Shown: in pieces, positions 1 through 12,268 of the stretch
Position numbering within the stretch: the first letter of the stretch is position 1
Layout: every line of letters begins with the position of its first letter
From: Myxococcales bacterium
GTDB lineage: Bacteria; Myxococcota_A; Polyangia; Polyangiales; Polyangiaceae
Length of the DNA stretch: 64,000 bases
Assembly (NCBI GenBank): GCA_043747615.1
Contig: JAYTOU010000023.1
Coordinates: forward strand, 32,001-96,000
Direction of reading: 5' to 3'
Position numbers and translations under genes: made by a program
Notes under the pieces: model-generated
What the model was told of the DNA's origin: nothing
Databases searched by the model: none
What the model saw: the letters and a program-made list of their open reading frames with translations, nothing else

Positions 1-393
1 GCAAAGGCTCCTTCCCTCGTTCCTTCACCGAAACCTGTCGCCGCGGGCCAGAGGCGCCGTTGGCCGCGGGCTCCCTACGCGACACCGGTGCGCATTCTCC
101 TCCCGAACGGCGGTACCTTGGACGGACGGAACGAGGACATCTCGGAAGGCGGAATGCTCCTTCTGTCACGCGAGGTCTGCGCCGAAGGAGAGACCGTGCA
201 GGTACGCTTCGCCCTCCCGATGGAGGGTAACGTCGTTACGTGCTCGGCGGTCGTTCGATGGTTGCGCGCGGCGAGGCCGGATGACGCCGAGAGCCCGCGG
301 GCCATCGGCCTCGAGTTCGTGGACCTCGCTCCCGAAGTACGCGCGTCGGTCGCCCGCTACGTCGCCCTGATCGGTGATCCCAACCAAGGGTAG
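1..393 (+). CDS. PilZ-domain protein (5'-truncated by window edge)
   Basis: Frame is open from base 1. QRRRWPR (RxxxR) and DISEGG (DxSxxG) c-di-GMP motifs; C-terminal 'VRW...IGLEF' PilZ pattern. Confidence 0.85.
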   Translation, partial: AKAPSLVPSPKPVAAGQRRRWPRAPYATPVRILLPNGGTLDGRNEDISEGGMLLLSREVCAEGETVQVRFALPMEGNVVTCSAVVRWLRAARPDDAESPRAIGLEFVDLAPEVRASVARYVALIGDPNQG

Positions 394-410
394 TATGCTC
401 ACGGCGCTCG

Positions 411-1580
411 ATGGCCGCGCCTTCCCGGTTTCTGCAGCTCGATCTGCTCGACAATCGCTACCCGGCGCTGCACGGGCTGCGCTTCCTCGCGATCGTGAGC
501 GTCGTTCAGTACCACGTGACCTGGGTGTTCCGCGGCGAGCAAGGGATCGCGCTCGATGGCGGGTTCGTCGCGTCGTCCCTGAGCGTCTTTTTCGGGATGG
601 ACCTCTTCTTCATGTTGAGCGGATTCCTCATCGGATCCATTCTCCTCCGCTCGCTTGCTCAGGCCGGAACCCAGCAGCTTGGGCGCTTCTACCTGCGCCG
701 TATTTTTCGCACGTTCCCTTCCTACTACGTGGTGCTCACCTACCTCGCGCTCACCACCGCTCTCACCGCGGCGCAGCGCCAGCACCTCCCGTACGAGTAC
801 GTGTACGGAACGAATTTCCTCAATCTGGCGCGGCCCAGCGTCGTCATGTTTTGGGGTTGGTCGCTCGCGCTCGAGGAACAATTTTACCTTACGGTGCCGC
901 TCCTCTTCTTCGTCTTGCATCGGTTGGGAAGCGACCGCGCGCGCGTGCTGCTTCTCTTTCTCTTGTGGTGCTCCGGGCTCGCCGTAAGGCTATTTATTTT
1001 CTATCGGCACGCGCCGTGGTCCGACATCGGTCTCTACAGCGCGATCTACTTTCGCACGCACACGCGCTTCGACACCCTGATCGCGGGCATCCTCCTCGCC
1101 TTCGTCAATCACAGGTGGCACGACGAGATTGCTCGCTGGCTCGGGCAACCGTTCCATCGCGCGCTCATTGCGCTGCCTTCGCTCGGATGCCTGTGGCTCC
1201 TCCTCCGCCCGTGGTTGTTCGGGCTTGCGAATCTGCAGCTCGTCCACATGTTCGCCTGGGGGACGGTCACCACCTTGATGTATTTCGGTTGGGTGCTCCT
1301 CCTCCTGCACGGCGACGGATGGATCCATCGCGCGCTCTCGATCCCCTTATTTCGCTGCATGGCTACGCTCGGCTACGGCGTGTACCTGGTGCATATTCCG
1401 CTCTGCGATCGCGTCCTCGTTCCCGTCGCCCACGAGCTCGAAGCGCGTCGCGTACCGATGGCTGTCGTGTGGCCCGCGTCCGTCCTCGCGCTCATGCTTG
1501 GCTCCCTTGCGCTCGCCTACGTGATGCACGTCCTCATCGAGAAACCGTCCCTCCGCCTCCGCCAGCGCCTCGCGGCCTAG
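411..1580 (+). CDS. Acyltransferase family 3 (OafA/YrhL-like) membrane O-acyltransferase
   Basis: LHGLRFLA, GMDLFFMLSGFLI, FYLRRIFR, WSLALEEQFY, YGVYLVH and IEKP motifs; about 10 hydrophobic segments. Confidence 0.92.
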   Translation: MAAPSRFLQLDLLDNRYPALHGLRFLAIVSVVQYHVTWVFRGEQGIALDGGFVASSLSVFFGMDLFFMLSGFLIGSILLRSLAQAGTQQLGRFYLRRIFRTFPSYYVVLTYLALTTALTAAQRQHLPYEYVYGTNFLNLARPSVVMFWGWSLALEEQFYLTVPLLFFVLHRLGSDRARVLLLFLLWCSGLAVRLFIFYRHAPWSDIGLYSAIYFRTHTRFDTLIAGILLAFVNHRWHDEIARWLGQPFHRALIALPSLGCLWLLLRPWLFGLANLQLVHMFAWGTVTTLMYFGWVLLLLHGDGWIHRALSIPLFRCMATLGYGVYLVHIPLCDRVLVPVAHELEARRVPMAVVWPASVLALMLGSLALAYVMHVLIEKPSLRLRQRLAA

Positions 1581-1590
1581 CCACGCTACG

Positions 1591-3330
1591 CTACGGATCG
1601 AAAGGAAGGCCGAAGCCGGGCTTCGGGAGATCCGCCGCGCGGAACCCGTCGAAATTTTCGACGAGCCAGACGAATGTGGCCGCGTCGAGATCGCGATCGA
1701 ACTCGAAGCTCACGTCGAATGGGCCCTCCGCGCCCACCGCGATCACCTTCGCGCGCATCCCGGGCAAGATCACCTCGGAGCCCGCCGAGAGCTGCGCGTC
1801 GTTCGCGCGGAACAAGTTGTTCTGGAACGGATAGAGCCCGCGGTCGGGCCGGAGCACGAGCTCGATCGTCCGGAGGTCCTTCCGAAGCACGAGTGTGTGA
1901 CCGGTGTGGGCAAGCGTTCTCCAGCGCGCAGGCTGAGCCCCTCGTGGATCGAGCGCGAAGGGCCCGAAGAACATGTCCGCCATGCCTCGGATCACGATCA
2001 CGCTCGCCGTTTCCCGATCAGGGAGCTGAGACGCTACCCACGCGGTACGCGAAGCGAAATCGATCGAGCCACGGCGAAGCTGTGCGCCCGTGAGCCACGC
2101 CGTTACCGGACCTTGCACGAGCTGCGCGTAGCCGAACATCAGCGCGACGAGACCGGTGAGCTCCGCCACTCGGGTGCGCATCCGTGGGACGGCGGGGAAC
2201 CAGGCGTAGTCGAGAAAGAGAGCGATCACGGCGGACACCCCGAGGTAGCTCACGCCGAGAAGACGGCTCGAAGGGACGACGGCGAGCACCGGCACCAAGG
2301 AGATCACCGAGCCGACGAGCAACCACGAAGCCGCTCTGTGCTGCTCTGTGCCGAGGAGCGCGAACATGCGACGAAGCGGCACGAAGGCGAGGCTGAAGGC
2401 GATGATCACGATCAACGCGACCCACCCCGCCGGTGTAACCCCCCAGCTTATGGTGTCGATGGTCAGCCACCCTCCGCCGAGCAGAGCGACGAGGCGCACC
2501 GGGGCATGCGCCACGAAGGCGAGCGGATCACGCAGCGGATCCGAGTAGAATCCCGAGCCCGCGGTTCCGTAGCCAAGCGCTCCGCGCGCCGCGAGGTACA
2601 GCGCCGTCGGCGCCGCAAATGGGAGCACGCCGCTCACGCGCCTGGCGAAGGCCTCGCCGCGAGAAACGAGCTCGATCGCGAGAACGTACCCGATGAAGCA
2701 CAGCGCGTATTCGCCCCCGAGCATCGAGAGCGCGAAAAGAATCGTGGCAAGCGCGGCGTGGCGAACGCTCCGCTCCTCACGCCAGTGCACGTAGGCGGCG
2801 AGCGCGAAGGTCCCGAAGGCGAGCGAGATGAGCGCGTCACGGTTGGCGAGCCAGGCCAGCGGAATGGCGTGACACGGCGCGACGGCGAAGATCAGCGTAG
2901 CGATGCCCGTCACACGCGGCGAGAACGTCCGCCGAAAGAGGGACCGCGCCGCAACGACGGCCGACGCCCACCACAGCAGCGAATGCAGATGAAGAGGAAG
3001 CGATCGATTTCCGAAGACGCCATGTTCGGCCCACATGAGCGCGCTCGAGAGTGGGCGGAAGAAGCGGATTTTCAACTTCGGGCTAGACCACCAAGGAAGG
3101 ATCCCGCGCTCGAGAAGTACCGGGCGGTCCGTGTCGTTGACGAAATCGTACAGGTCGAACGGCCCCCGCGCGGCCGGGAAAGTTCCCTCCAACATAGAAA
3201 TATGGAGGTAGTCGTCGAGAAGGAACGGGGTTCCCAGGGCAGGCAGGTGGGTAAGCACGCCCGCGAGAAGGACCGCGAGAAGGACCCTTACGACGGGAGG
3301 TTGTCCGGAGCCCGCCACGGTGGTAGGCAA
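1591..3330 (-). CDS. Polytopic membrane protein, GT-C/TMTC-like glycosyltransferase candidate (start uncertain)
   Basis: FLLDDY acidic motif after the first TM; FFRPL motif; H..P.AWLANR; many TM helices. Confidence 0.6.
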   Translation of the reverse strand: MPTTVAGSGQPPVVRVLLAVLLAGVLTHLPALGTPFLLDDYLHISMLEGTFPAARGPFDLYDFVNDTDRPVLLERGILPWWSSPKLKIRFFRPLSSALMWAEHGVFGNRSLPLHLHSLLWWASAVVAARSLFRRTFSPRVTGIATLIFAVAPCHAIPLAWLANRDALISLAFGTFALAAYVHWREERSVRHAALATILFALSMLGGEYALCFIGYVLAIELVSRGEAFARRVSGVLPFAAPTALYLAARGALGYGTAGSGFYSDPLRDPLAFVAHAPVRLVALLGGGWLTIDTISWGVTPAGWVALIVIIAFSLAFVPLRRMFALLGTEQHRAASWLLVGSVISLVPVLAVVPSSRLLGVSYLGVSAVIALFLDYAWFPAVPRMRTRVAELTGLVALMFGYAQLVQGPVTAWLTGAQLRRGSIDFASRTAWVASQLPDRETASVIVIRGMADMFFGPFALDPRGAQPARWRTLAHTGHTLVLRKDLRTIELVLRPDRGLYPFQNNLFRANDAQLSAGSEVILPGMRAKVIAVGAEGPFDVSFEFDRDLDAATFVWLVENFDGFRAADLPKPGFGLPFDP

Positions 3331-3341
3331 AGCATACCAAC

Positions 3342-3656
3342 GTGCGAATTGCCAGCCTTGCGCTCCTTGCGTTGCTCCTCAGCAACAGCGTGCTCGCGTG
3401 CGCGACCAACGCCACGATCTCGGACGGGGACGGCGGCCTCGGAGGGCCCAGTGTGGGCGGCGACGGCGGGCCGGTTGCAGACGCGACGCCCACGTGCGCC
3501 GACCATTGTGCGAACAACTCCGATTGCCAGAGCCGCTGTCCGTCCATCTCGGGGGACGTGAACTGCTGCGACGAGTCCGGCCGTTGCTACCTCTCCGCGG
3601 CGAAGAGCTGTCCTGCGCCGGTCGTCGACGCCGGCATGATGACCTCGACCTACTAG
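3342..3656 (+). CDS. Small Cys-rich putative lipoprotein
   Basis: Signal peptide with VLAC lipobox; DG-rich linker; 8 further Cys. Confidence 0.65.
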   Translation: MRIASLALLALLLSNSVLACATNATISDGDGGLGGPSVGGDGGPVADATPTCADHCANNSDCQSRCPSISGDVNCCDESGRCYLSAAKSCPAPVVDAGMMTSTY

Positions 3657-3707
3657 GTACGCCGCGCGCCCGACAACGCTCGATCCGTCTCCGGCATCCA
3701 ACCTCGC

Positions 3708-4298
3708 GTGTGGCTTGAAGCGATCCTCACCGAAAGTGACATCGGCGGCCTGATCAAGCAGCTCACGCCAGTCACGATCAACCTCGGGACCGACTCGGAG
3801 GAGCGCTTTCTTCACCTCGGGCGACCGAGCGCGATAACGCTGGTCCCCGAAAAATGCGCCGTTCGCGTGGTGACCCAGGCGGAGATCCAGTGGTCGGTGT
3901 CGGTCATCAACGTGCCCATCACGCTGGATTCTCTCCAGGTCTTGCTACGGCCGACCATAGTCGCGGGCCCGACCGTGGAGCGAGGAACACTCGCTTTCCA
4001 CTTGGAGCTGGAAGAGGCTGATTTCAAGCACGTTCCCGCTTTTGCCGATCGCCAGATCCGTCAAGCCATCAACACGGCGCTCGCGTCCAAACCGCTCGAA
4101 TGGGATTTTGCGAGCATGTTGAGCAGCGCGTTTGCCTTCGAGCTTCCGGCCATCCTCGACCCGCTCGAGAAGCTTCACCTCGACGTGGCGTGGGGCGAAG
4201 TGAAGATGACCCATGAGGCCCTGGTGTTCGCTGTGTCGTTCCGGCCGACTGCCACCCGGAGAGGCACGCACCAGAGCGACGACGCCAAAAGAACCTAG
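3708..4298 (+). CDS. Hypothetical protein
   Basis: 196-aa ORF with normal globular composition; fills the gap; no recognised motif. Confidence 0.65.
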   Translation: MWLEAILTESDIGGLIKQLTPVTINLGTDSEERFLHLGRPSAITLVPEKCAVRVVTQAEIQWSVSVINVPITLDSLQVLLRPTIVAGPTVERGTLAFHLELEEADFKHVPAFADRQIRQAINTALASKPLEWDFASMLSSAFAFELPAILDPLEKLHLDVAWGEVKMTHEALVFAVSFRPTATRRGTHQSDDAKRT

Positions 4299-4338
4299 GC
4301 AGCCCGCGGCGCGAGCAGAATGTTACCAGCTCGCAGCA

Positions 4339-4439
4339 CAGCACCTTCAAAGCCACAATCTCGTCGAGCTCTTCGTCGCGTGCATGATACACGTTTCGAA
4401 ACCTAGCCCACCATTAGCGGCGACGCCCACGCGGAAGCG
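4339..4439 (-). pseudogene. Relic of Ser/Thr kinase subdomains I-II
   Basis: VYHARDEELDEIVALKVL (4392-4339), preceded in another frame by RFRVGVAANGGLG (degraded Gly-rich loop). Confidence 0.5.
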
Positions 4440-4652
4440 TCGCTGGGTACGCGGCACCGCTCTTCGCGCGGCTCTCACAGAACGCTCGCAGGCTCGTGAC
4501 CTGTCGAAAGATCGTCGCGAGGGCGTCGGGCGTCTCGGCGTCTTGTGCCTCGAGAGCAAGCTCGCGAAATTGGGTGAGCTCGTGCGGCTGCGCGACGCCT
4601 TTCAGCTCGACGATGGCGACTTCGATGAGCTCCAGAATCTCTGCCCGGTCGA

Positions 4653-4656
<4 letters not shown>
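4414..4656 (-). CDS. Small helical hypothetical protein (80 aa) coupled to glgX
   Basis: GTG start overlaps the glgX stop (GTGA); codons mostly end in G/C; acidic helical sequence MIDRAEILELIEVAIVEL... Confidence 0.6.
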
Positions 4657-6662
<2,006 letters not shown>

Positions 6663-6665
6663 GCC

Positions 6666-8231
6666 CTACCTGCCGCTCGCAGTCGCAAGCTCACGGAGAA
6701 CGTGCATTCGGTATTTCGCGTGTGGGTCGTCGTGAAGATCTTCGATCGCCATCGGAAGGCGGTACGTCCAGTTCTTGTCGTCGACCGTGCCGGGCGTATT
6801 GATCCTTCGCGACTCGCCGAGGATCTCCGGCGCGAGGATCAGCGCAAGGCTCGACCGCGCCGAAAGAAGAAGGCTCATCAGTCCGCGCCAGCGCTCGTCC
6901 TCGCTCGCGTCCGCGTCAACGTGCATCAGGGCTTCGAGCTCTGCGCGATCTTCGGCAGAGAACTCGGGCCACCACGCGCCGATGGGGGCGGTGTCGTGCG
7001 TGCTCCAGGAGGCTACACTGAGCTCCGGATACGCCGCGGGATTTTGGAACGTACGATCCCCTTCCCAGTTCTTCTCCCAAGGAATGATCTTGTATCCGGG
7101 GATGCCGAGGTCTCGCATCGTCTCGCGCACGAAAGGCGGCACTACACCGAGGTCTTCGGCGATGACCCGCGTGTCGCGTGCTTCGTGAGCGATCGTGCCG
7201 AGGACCCGCTGTCCGCGGGCGAGCTGCGATGGCTCGTCCTTGGGCAAGAAGCTCCCCTTCGCCTCGACGCCACCCGCCGCCAGCTTTCTCCGCACGAACA
7301 TTCGGAAGTACCCGACGACGTGATCCAAGCGAAAGCGATCGTAGAGCTGTGCCGAGCGCCGCGTGCGCGCACGCACCCAGGCGAGGTCGTCGCGCTCCAT
7401 GGCGTCCCAATCGTAAATCGGAAGTCCCCAATCTTGTCCGTCGGGTGCGAAGCCGTCTGGAGGTGCTCCCAGCGAGCCGTCGGTGCGAAATTGCTCAGGG
7501 CGCGCCCAGGCGTCGGCGCTCTCGCCGCAGACGATGAAGGGCAAATCGCCCATCAGCTCGACGCCGAGAACGCGCATCTCCCCGCGCGCTTTCTCCCACT
7601 GCAAGCCGAGGTTCCACTGCGTGTACTGGTGCTCCAGAATTTTATCGGCGTGCGTTTCCCGTGCGGCGCGCATCGCGTGCGGATCGCGTAGGCGCTCTGC
7701 GTCCGGCCAGGTCCCCCAGCCGTAACCTTCGTGGGAATCGCGGAGCGCCACGTAAAGCGCGAGGTCGTCTTCCCACGACGCCTCGCGGGCGATGAAGGCG
7801 CGAAGAGCGTCGGCGCGCGCGGTGTTTTTCGTCCAGTCGTTTGCTACGAAGAGATCGAACGCGCGGCGAATCACCTTCGACTTGACGGCGCGCACCCGCT
7901 CGTAGACGACCGTTGGCGCATCGCGCAGGCTCTCGAGCTCGGCTCTGCCGGCGACACCGAGGGCGTCTGCTATGGCGTTCGCGTCGAGGTCTTCCATCGC
8001 GTCGATGCCCATGAAGATCGGATCCAACCCGAAGGCCGTTCGGGCTCCATAAGGGCTCGCCTCGCCGCGCGCGAGCTCGTGAGGCGGTAAGATCTGAAGG
8101 AGCCCCATCCCCGCGGTCTTGATCCAAGCTGCGCAGACGGGAAGATCGGGGATCTCGCCGATCCCCCAGCTTGCGCGTGTTCGCAGGGAAAAAAGCGGGA
8201 TCGTGACGCCAACCTTGCGAGAAGATGTCAT
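6666..8231 (-). CDS. malQ: 4-alpha-glucanotransferase (amylomaltase, GH77)
   Basis: GDLPF, GAPPD...GQDWGLP, RLDHVVG, IAEDLG, STHD, RINTPG..NW motifs; adjacent to glgX. Start set at ATG 8231. Confidence 0.93.
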   Translation of the reverse strand: MTSSRKVGVTIPLFSLRTRASWGIGEIPDLPVCAAWIKTAGMGLLQILPPHELARGEASPYGARTAFGLDPIFMGIDAMEDLDANAIADALGVAGRAELESLRDAPTVVYERVRAVKSKVIRRAFDLFVANDWTKNTARADALRAFIAREASWEDDLALYVALRDSHEGYGWGTWPDAERLRDPHAMRAARETHADKILEHQYTQWNLGLQWEKARGEMRVLGVELMGDLPFIVCGESADAWARPEQFRTDGSLGAPPDGFAPDGQDWGLPIYDWDAMERDDLAWVRARTRRSAQLYDRFRLDHVVGYFRMFVRRKLAAGGVEAKGSFLPKDEPSQLARGQRVLGTIAHEARDTRVIAEDLGVVPPFVRETMRDLGIPGYKIIPWEKNWEGDRTFQNPAAYPELSVASWSTHDTAPIGAWWPEFSAEDRAELEALMHVDADASEDERWRGLMSLLLSARSSLALILAPEILGESRRINTPGTVDDKNWTYRLPMAIEDLHDDPHAKYRMHVLRELATASGR

Positions 8232-8317
8232 GAAATGAGTGGCCCCCCTGTCGCATACGTTGAAGGCTCCGGCAAGCACGGGGAACTTCGGGACCGCGCG
8301 CAAGTCCAACGACAAAG

Positions 8318-9067
8318 ATGAAATCGCTTCGCACGTCTGCTTTTTTCACCGCGTCCGTCGCCGCGCACCTCGCGGTCGGCGCGCTCTTCGTTCGTGCGGC
8401 GCCGCCTGTGCGAGCGGAGACGCCAACCTCTGCCGCGCTCACGGGCGAGTCCCTGAGCTTGCCCGAGGATCTGGTGACCGATGAGGTCGAGCCGCGTACG
8501 CCCCATGCGCCGATCCCGACTCTGCCGGCGCCGGGACCAGCAGCGACCGCGCACGCCTCGAACCCTTCGTCTGCGCACGCGGGCTCGGCCGCTTCCTCCG
8601 AGCCGGGCACATACGGTGCGGCGGGCGAACGGGGGGTGAACGATATTTCGGACACGTTCACACGGGCTTTTCCTCAGGCAGCGAGCGCCGATCTGGTGTG
8701 GTTGGCCGTTCCGTTCGGGAATGCGGGGAGCGCCCAAGTCTCCTTGGAGATCGACGGAAGTGGAGCGTTCGTGCACGCCAACATCGAGCACGCGGTCCCG
8801 GCATTGCGCCGGGCGATCGAGCGCAGCGTCGCTCTCATTCGCGGTCGCACGTTCACGGCACGCGGGCGGATCACGCGCCTCTACCTCAGCGCAACGGTGT
8901 CACCCGACGACGTCCACGACGGACTCCACGGCGACTTCTTCGCTATTGGTGGGAGCTTCACCGGTCATCGGGGAAACGCCTTCTTCGCGCTCCCCGACGC
9001 GGGTCGCCGCATCGACATCGTCGTCCATGACGGCGATCGCGCGACTCCGATCAGGGGTGGTACATAG
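8318..9067 (+). CDS. Membrane-anchored protein with TonB/TolA-like architecture
   Basis: N-terminal TM with SxxxH (SVAAH); Pro/Ala linker; C-terminal alpha/beta domain. Confidence 0.5.
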   Translation: MKSLRTSAFFTASVAAHLAVGALFVRAAPPVRAETPTSAALTGESLSLPEDLVTDEVEPRTPHAPIPTLPAPGPAATAHASNPSSAHAGSAASSEPGTYGAAGERGVNDISDTFTRAFPQAASADLVWLAVPFGNAGSAQVSLEIDGSGAFVHANIEHAVPALRRAIERSVALIRGRTFTARGRITRLYLSATVSPDDVHDGLHGDFFAIGGSFTGHRGNAFFALPDAGRRIDIVVHDGDRATPIRGGT

Positions 9068-10865
9068 TTCCGTAGCTCGTATCGCGCGCGTCCGTCGAGT
9101 CCGCGCCATGGATGCCCGGAGTGCGCTCTACGCTGGCCGTTTGGTACTCGATCGTGCGGCCTTGACGAGCGTAGATCTTGAGCTTGTCTTGATCGAAAAT
9201 CAGATGGTACTCGGAGGGCACGAGAGCGAGCGTCTCCTCGCGCGCGTCCCACATGAGCACGTGATCGAAGTAGGGTGTCGCCTCGTTCCAGAAATCGCGC
9301 CACTCCTGACGCCACGCGAGATTGCAATCGGCGAGGACGACACCGCCCGACCGAAGGCCGTCGCACATCCACTCGGGACGATCCATAGCGGGCGCGAACC
9401 CCTCGAGCACGAGGTGGTTGAAGCGAATGGGAGGAGGCTCTTTGTACATCACGGGAAAGCTCCGCGAGTGAGCGAAGAGCAACGGCGCGCTCGTCTCTTT
9501 TTCGGTGACGTAGAACCCCCACGCGTGAAGGAGGCTGCGGGTGTTCTGACTCGTTCCTTTGCTGTGAAAAATGAGCGGCAATAGCTTCGCCCCCTCGCGC
9601 ACGACAGGAATGCCTGCCGTGAATTTCGCGCGGTCGTGATCGAGCCGGACGAAGTCTATGCCCATTCCCACGCTGTGCAGCACTCCGCACAACGCGAGGA
9701 GCCCTAGCAGCGCACGGGGCAGGCGCTCGGGAAGGCGCAGGAGCGCCGCCATCCACAGGAACGGAATGAACCGCGAGTTGACGTGAAACCAGTTCGTCGC
9801 GATGTACGGCGAGAAGAAGTAGATCGTTGCCAGGAGCGCCAGGGCCTTCGTGGAAAAAAACGTCGGCTGCTCGTGGCGACGAATCATTGCCACGATGAAG
9901 AGCGTCACGGCGATGACGAAGGTCGAGATCGAGAGCCACGTGAAGCCATAAAACCACTCGGCCCACAGGTTGTAACAAAGCTCCCACGGCGGCAGGAGCT
10001 GCCCCGTCGACATGTACCCCGTCATCCGCCCGACGGGCTCCGTCATGTGCTGGTAGAGCGAGACGAGCATGAGCACGGTCGCCGGAGCGAGCGGCAGGAA
10101 CAAGCGGACCGTTTCACCCGCCCGCTCACGAGCCTGAAGGCGCCAGCGCGACCCTTCGATGACGTGCGTAACCACGTGGACGGCGGCGAGGAGCAGCACC
10201 ACCATGAGCGCGAAGACATGCGCAAACCAAACGGAGAGTGCCGTCACCGCGATCACCAGACCGCGCGCGACGCTCGGGGTCTTTCGCTGTCGATCGATGA
10301 GCACCATGAGTAGGAGGGACAGCGGAACCCCGAGCGCAAAATCGAGCATCCCCATCGACACGAACCAGTTGTGGACCATCGGGAAGATGAAAAAGCTCGC
10401 GACGAGGAGCGTCTTCCGGTTCGTGAAATGAAGGACGAAGCGCGGAAGGATGAGAGCGTTTGCGGCCAGCACCATGAGGGCGAACAGGCGCGCCGCTCCC
10501 GCGGCTCCGACGACCTTGGCCACGAAATAGAGCCACGTGAAGAGCGCCGAGTTCGTCTTCAGGAAGCCGTTGGAGACGAACTCCGGGTAGCGCTCCGGGT
10601 GAGTAATGACGGTGACCGCCGCGAGGTGATTGGGCAGGTCCTGATATGGCGGCACGTCTGTCAGCGCGAGCGGCCACGCGGCCAACGCGAAGAGGACGAC
10701 ACCGATGCCGGTGGCCAGCTGCGCGTCGGTCGCCCGCGAAACCGCTGCACGTGCCCGTCCGAAAATGCTTAGCTCAGCCTCGCTCGCCGCGCTGATTCCA
10801 CGGCCGGCAGCGACGAGCGGTGGGTCGGCGGTGAATTCCGGAGCGATTGCATCGAACTTGGGCAT
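9051..10865 (-). CDS. Polytopic membrane protein, putative GT-C-like glycosyltransferase
   Basis: PPYQDLPNHL motif after the first TM; about 11 TM helices; soluble C-terminal domain. Start set at ATG 10865. Confidence 0.55.
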   Translation of the reverse strand: MPKFDAIAPEFTADPPLVAAGRGISAASEAELSIFGRARAAVSRATDAQLATGIGVVLFALAAWPLALTDVPPYQDLPNHLAAVTVITHPERYPEFVSNGFLKTNSALFTWLYFVAKVVGAAGAARLFALMVLAANALILPRFVLHFTNRKTLLVASFFIFPMVHNWFVSMGMLDFALGVPLSLLLMVLIDRQRKTPSVARGLVIAVTALSVWFAHVFALMVVLLLAAVHVVTHVIEGSRWRLQARERAGETVRLFLPLAPATVLMLVSLYQHMTEPVGRMTGYMSTGQLLPPWELCYNLWAEWFYGFTWLSISTFVIAVTLFIVAMIRRHEQPTFFSTKALALLATIYFFSPYIATNWFHVNSRFIPFLWMAALLRLPERLPRALLGLLALCGVLHSVGMGIDFVRLDHDRAKFTAGIPVVREGAKLLPLIFHSKGTSQNTRSLLHAWGFYVTEKETSAPLLFAHSRSFPVMYKEPPPIRFNHLVLEGFAPAMDRPEWMCDGLRSGGVVLADCNLAWRQEWRDFWNEATPYFDHVLMWDAREETLALVPSEYHLIFDQDKLKIYARQGRTIEYQTASVERTPGIHGADSTDARDTSYGTMYHP

Positions 10866-11152
10866 CGGGGCAAAAGGGTTCCTGCAGTGTGACGACGAGG
10901 CATAAAAGCAATTCGGGGGCCTACCGGCCAGGCCGCTCCGAGGGCAGGGCCAATCGTCGACAAAAGCTTGGCGGAGCACCGTAACTCGCGCCGGAAAAGC
11001 TGTCTACCGGGCGGCGATTCGCGACCGAAACCCTGACAATCGGGTCGCGGATTTCGGCGCTCCAATCTCTTCCAGAGACCCGGCGTCATCCCCGCTCGTA
11101 CCGACGCCCCCATGGTCCTACCTGCGGCACACAAAGTGTAAAGCCGAGTCTC

Positions 11153-12262
11153 ATGATTCGGGATTCGCGAGCCACCACCGGAAACGCGCCGAACGCTGCC
11201 TACACGGTAGGACATCCTCGCACCAGCGCATGGATCACCAAGAGCCCACTTCTCGCTTTGGGGTTCGCAATCCTTGTCGGCTGCAGCGGCGCCGGCGCCA
11301 CGCCCGAGAACGTCGGCGCAACCTCCGAGGCCATCTACGGCGGCGCGGTCGACAATGACAAGTCCGCGACGACCGGTGTCGTGGCTCTCCGGATCGGAGA
11401 CTCCTCCCCGTTCGAGCTCTGCTCGGGCTCGCTCATCGCGCCGAACGTGGTCCTCACGGCTCGCCACTGCATCAGCAAGAGCATCGTCGACACCGTCTAT
11501 TGTGACGCGAAAGGTCTTTCGACGAACGGCGATCACGTCAGCGTCGACGTCGCGCCCGCCTCAGTGCGGGTCTACACGGGGTCGAACCCCTCGTTCGCCA
11601 CTCCTGCCGCGATCGGCAAGGCGATCTTTCATCCCGCAGGCAAAGTTCTCTGCAACAGCGACATCGCCGTCATCGTCCTCGACACGACGATCCCCGTCAT
11701 GGCTCCCCTCACGGTTCGCCTCGGCGCGATCGTCAAATCAGGAGAGCCTGTCCGCTCGGTCGGTTATGGAAAAAACGACGAGGGCTACAACCTCGGAACG
11801 CGATTCCGAAAAGAGGGAGTCGACGTGCTTGCCGTGGGGTCGGGCGTCTCGTCCTCCGCTACCGCGCTCGGCACCCTGGAATTCGAAGTCGGCAAGTCAA
11901 TTTGCCAAGGCGACTCCGGAGGCCCCGCCATCAGCGAAGTGACCGGCGCCATCGTCGGCGTCGTCAGCCGCGGCGGCGGATGTGGCGACAGCTTCGGCCA
12001 TGTGTACACGCAGCCCTCGGGCTTCCAGGATCTCATCAACGACGCGTTTGCAATGGCTGGCGGGGCACCTATGGTCGAGGGGACCACGCAGCCTGCTAAC
12101 GCTCCCGCCGCTTCCGAAAAGCCCGCCGCAAACGCCGCCGACTCGACCGCTCCGCACGCCGGGTCCTGCTCCGTGAGCGCACCGCCCTCGAGCCGCCCCA
12201 ACGCGGGGCTCGTCGGTATCCTCTTCGGGGCGCTCCTCTTCTTCCGTCGCCGCTCGAACTAG
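11153..12262 (+). CDS. Trypsin-like S1 serine protease with MYXO-CTERM sorting signal (start uncertain)
   Basis: TARHC, SDIA and GDSGGP catalytic triad; IYGG mature N-terminus; C-terminal GSCSV...hydrophobic helix-RRR. Confidence 0.9.
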   Translation: MIRDSRATTGNAPNAAYTVGHPRTSAWITKSPLLALGFAILVGCSGAGATPENVGATSEAIYGGAVDNDKSATTGVVALRIGDSSPFELCSGSLIAPNVVLTARHCISKSIVDTVYCDAKGLSTNGDHVSVDVAPASVRVYTGSNPSFATPAAIGKAIFHPAGKVLCNSDIAVIVLDTTIPVMAPLTVRLGAIVKSGEPVRSVGYGKNDEGYNLGTRFRKEGVDVLAVGSGVSSSATALGTLEFEVGKSICQGDSGGPAISEVTGAIVGVVSRGGGCGDSFGHVYTQPSGFQDLINDAFAMAGGAPMVEGTTQPANAPAASEKPAANAADSTAPHAGSCSVSAPPSSRPNAGLVGILFGALLFFRRRSN

Positions 12263-12268
12263 AAACTG

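Noticed and set aside
10866..10930. GGCAAA...AAAGC...GGCCTA, vaguely like a c-di-GMP-I riboswitch
   Set aside because: No P2 stem with GNRA loop or receptor; spacing is wrong.
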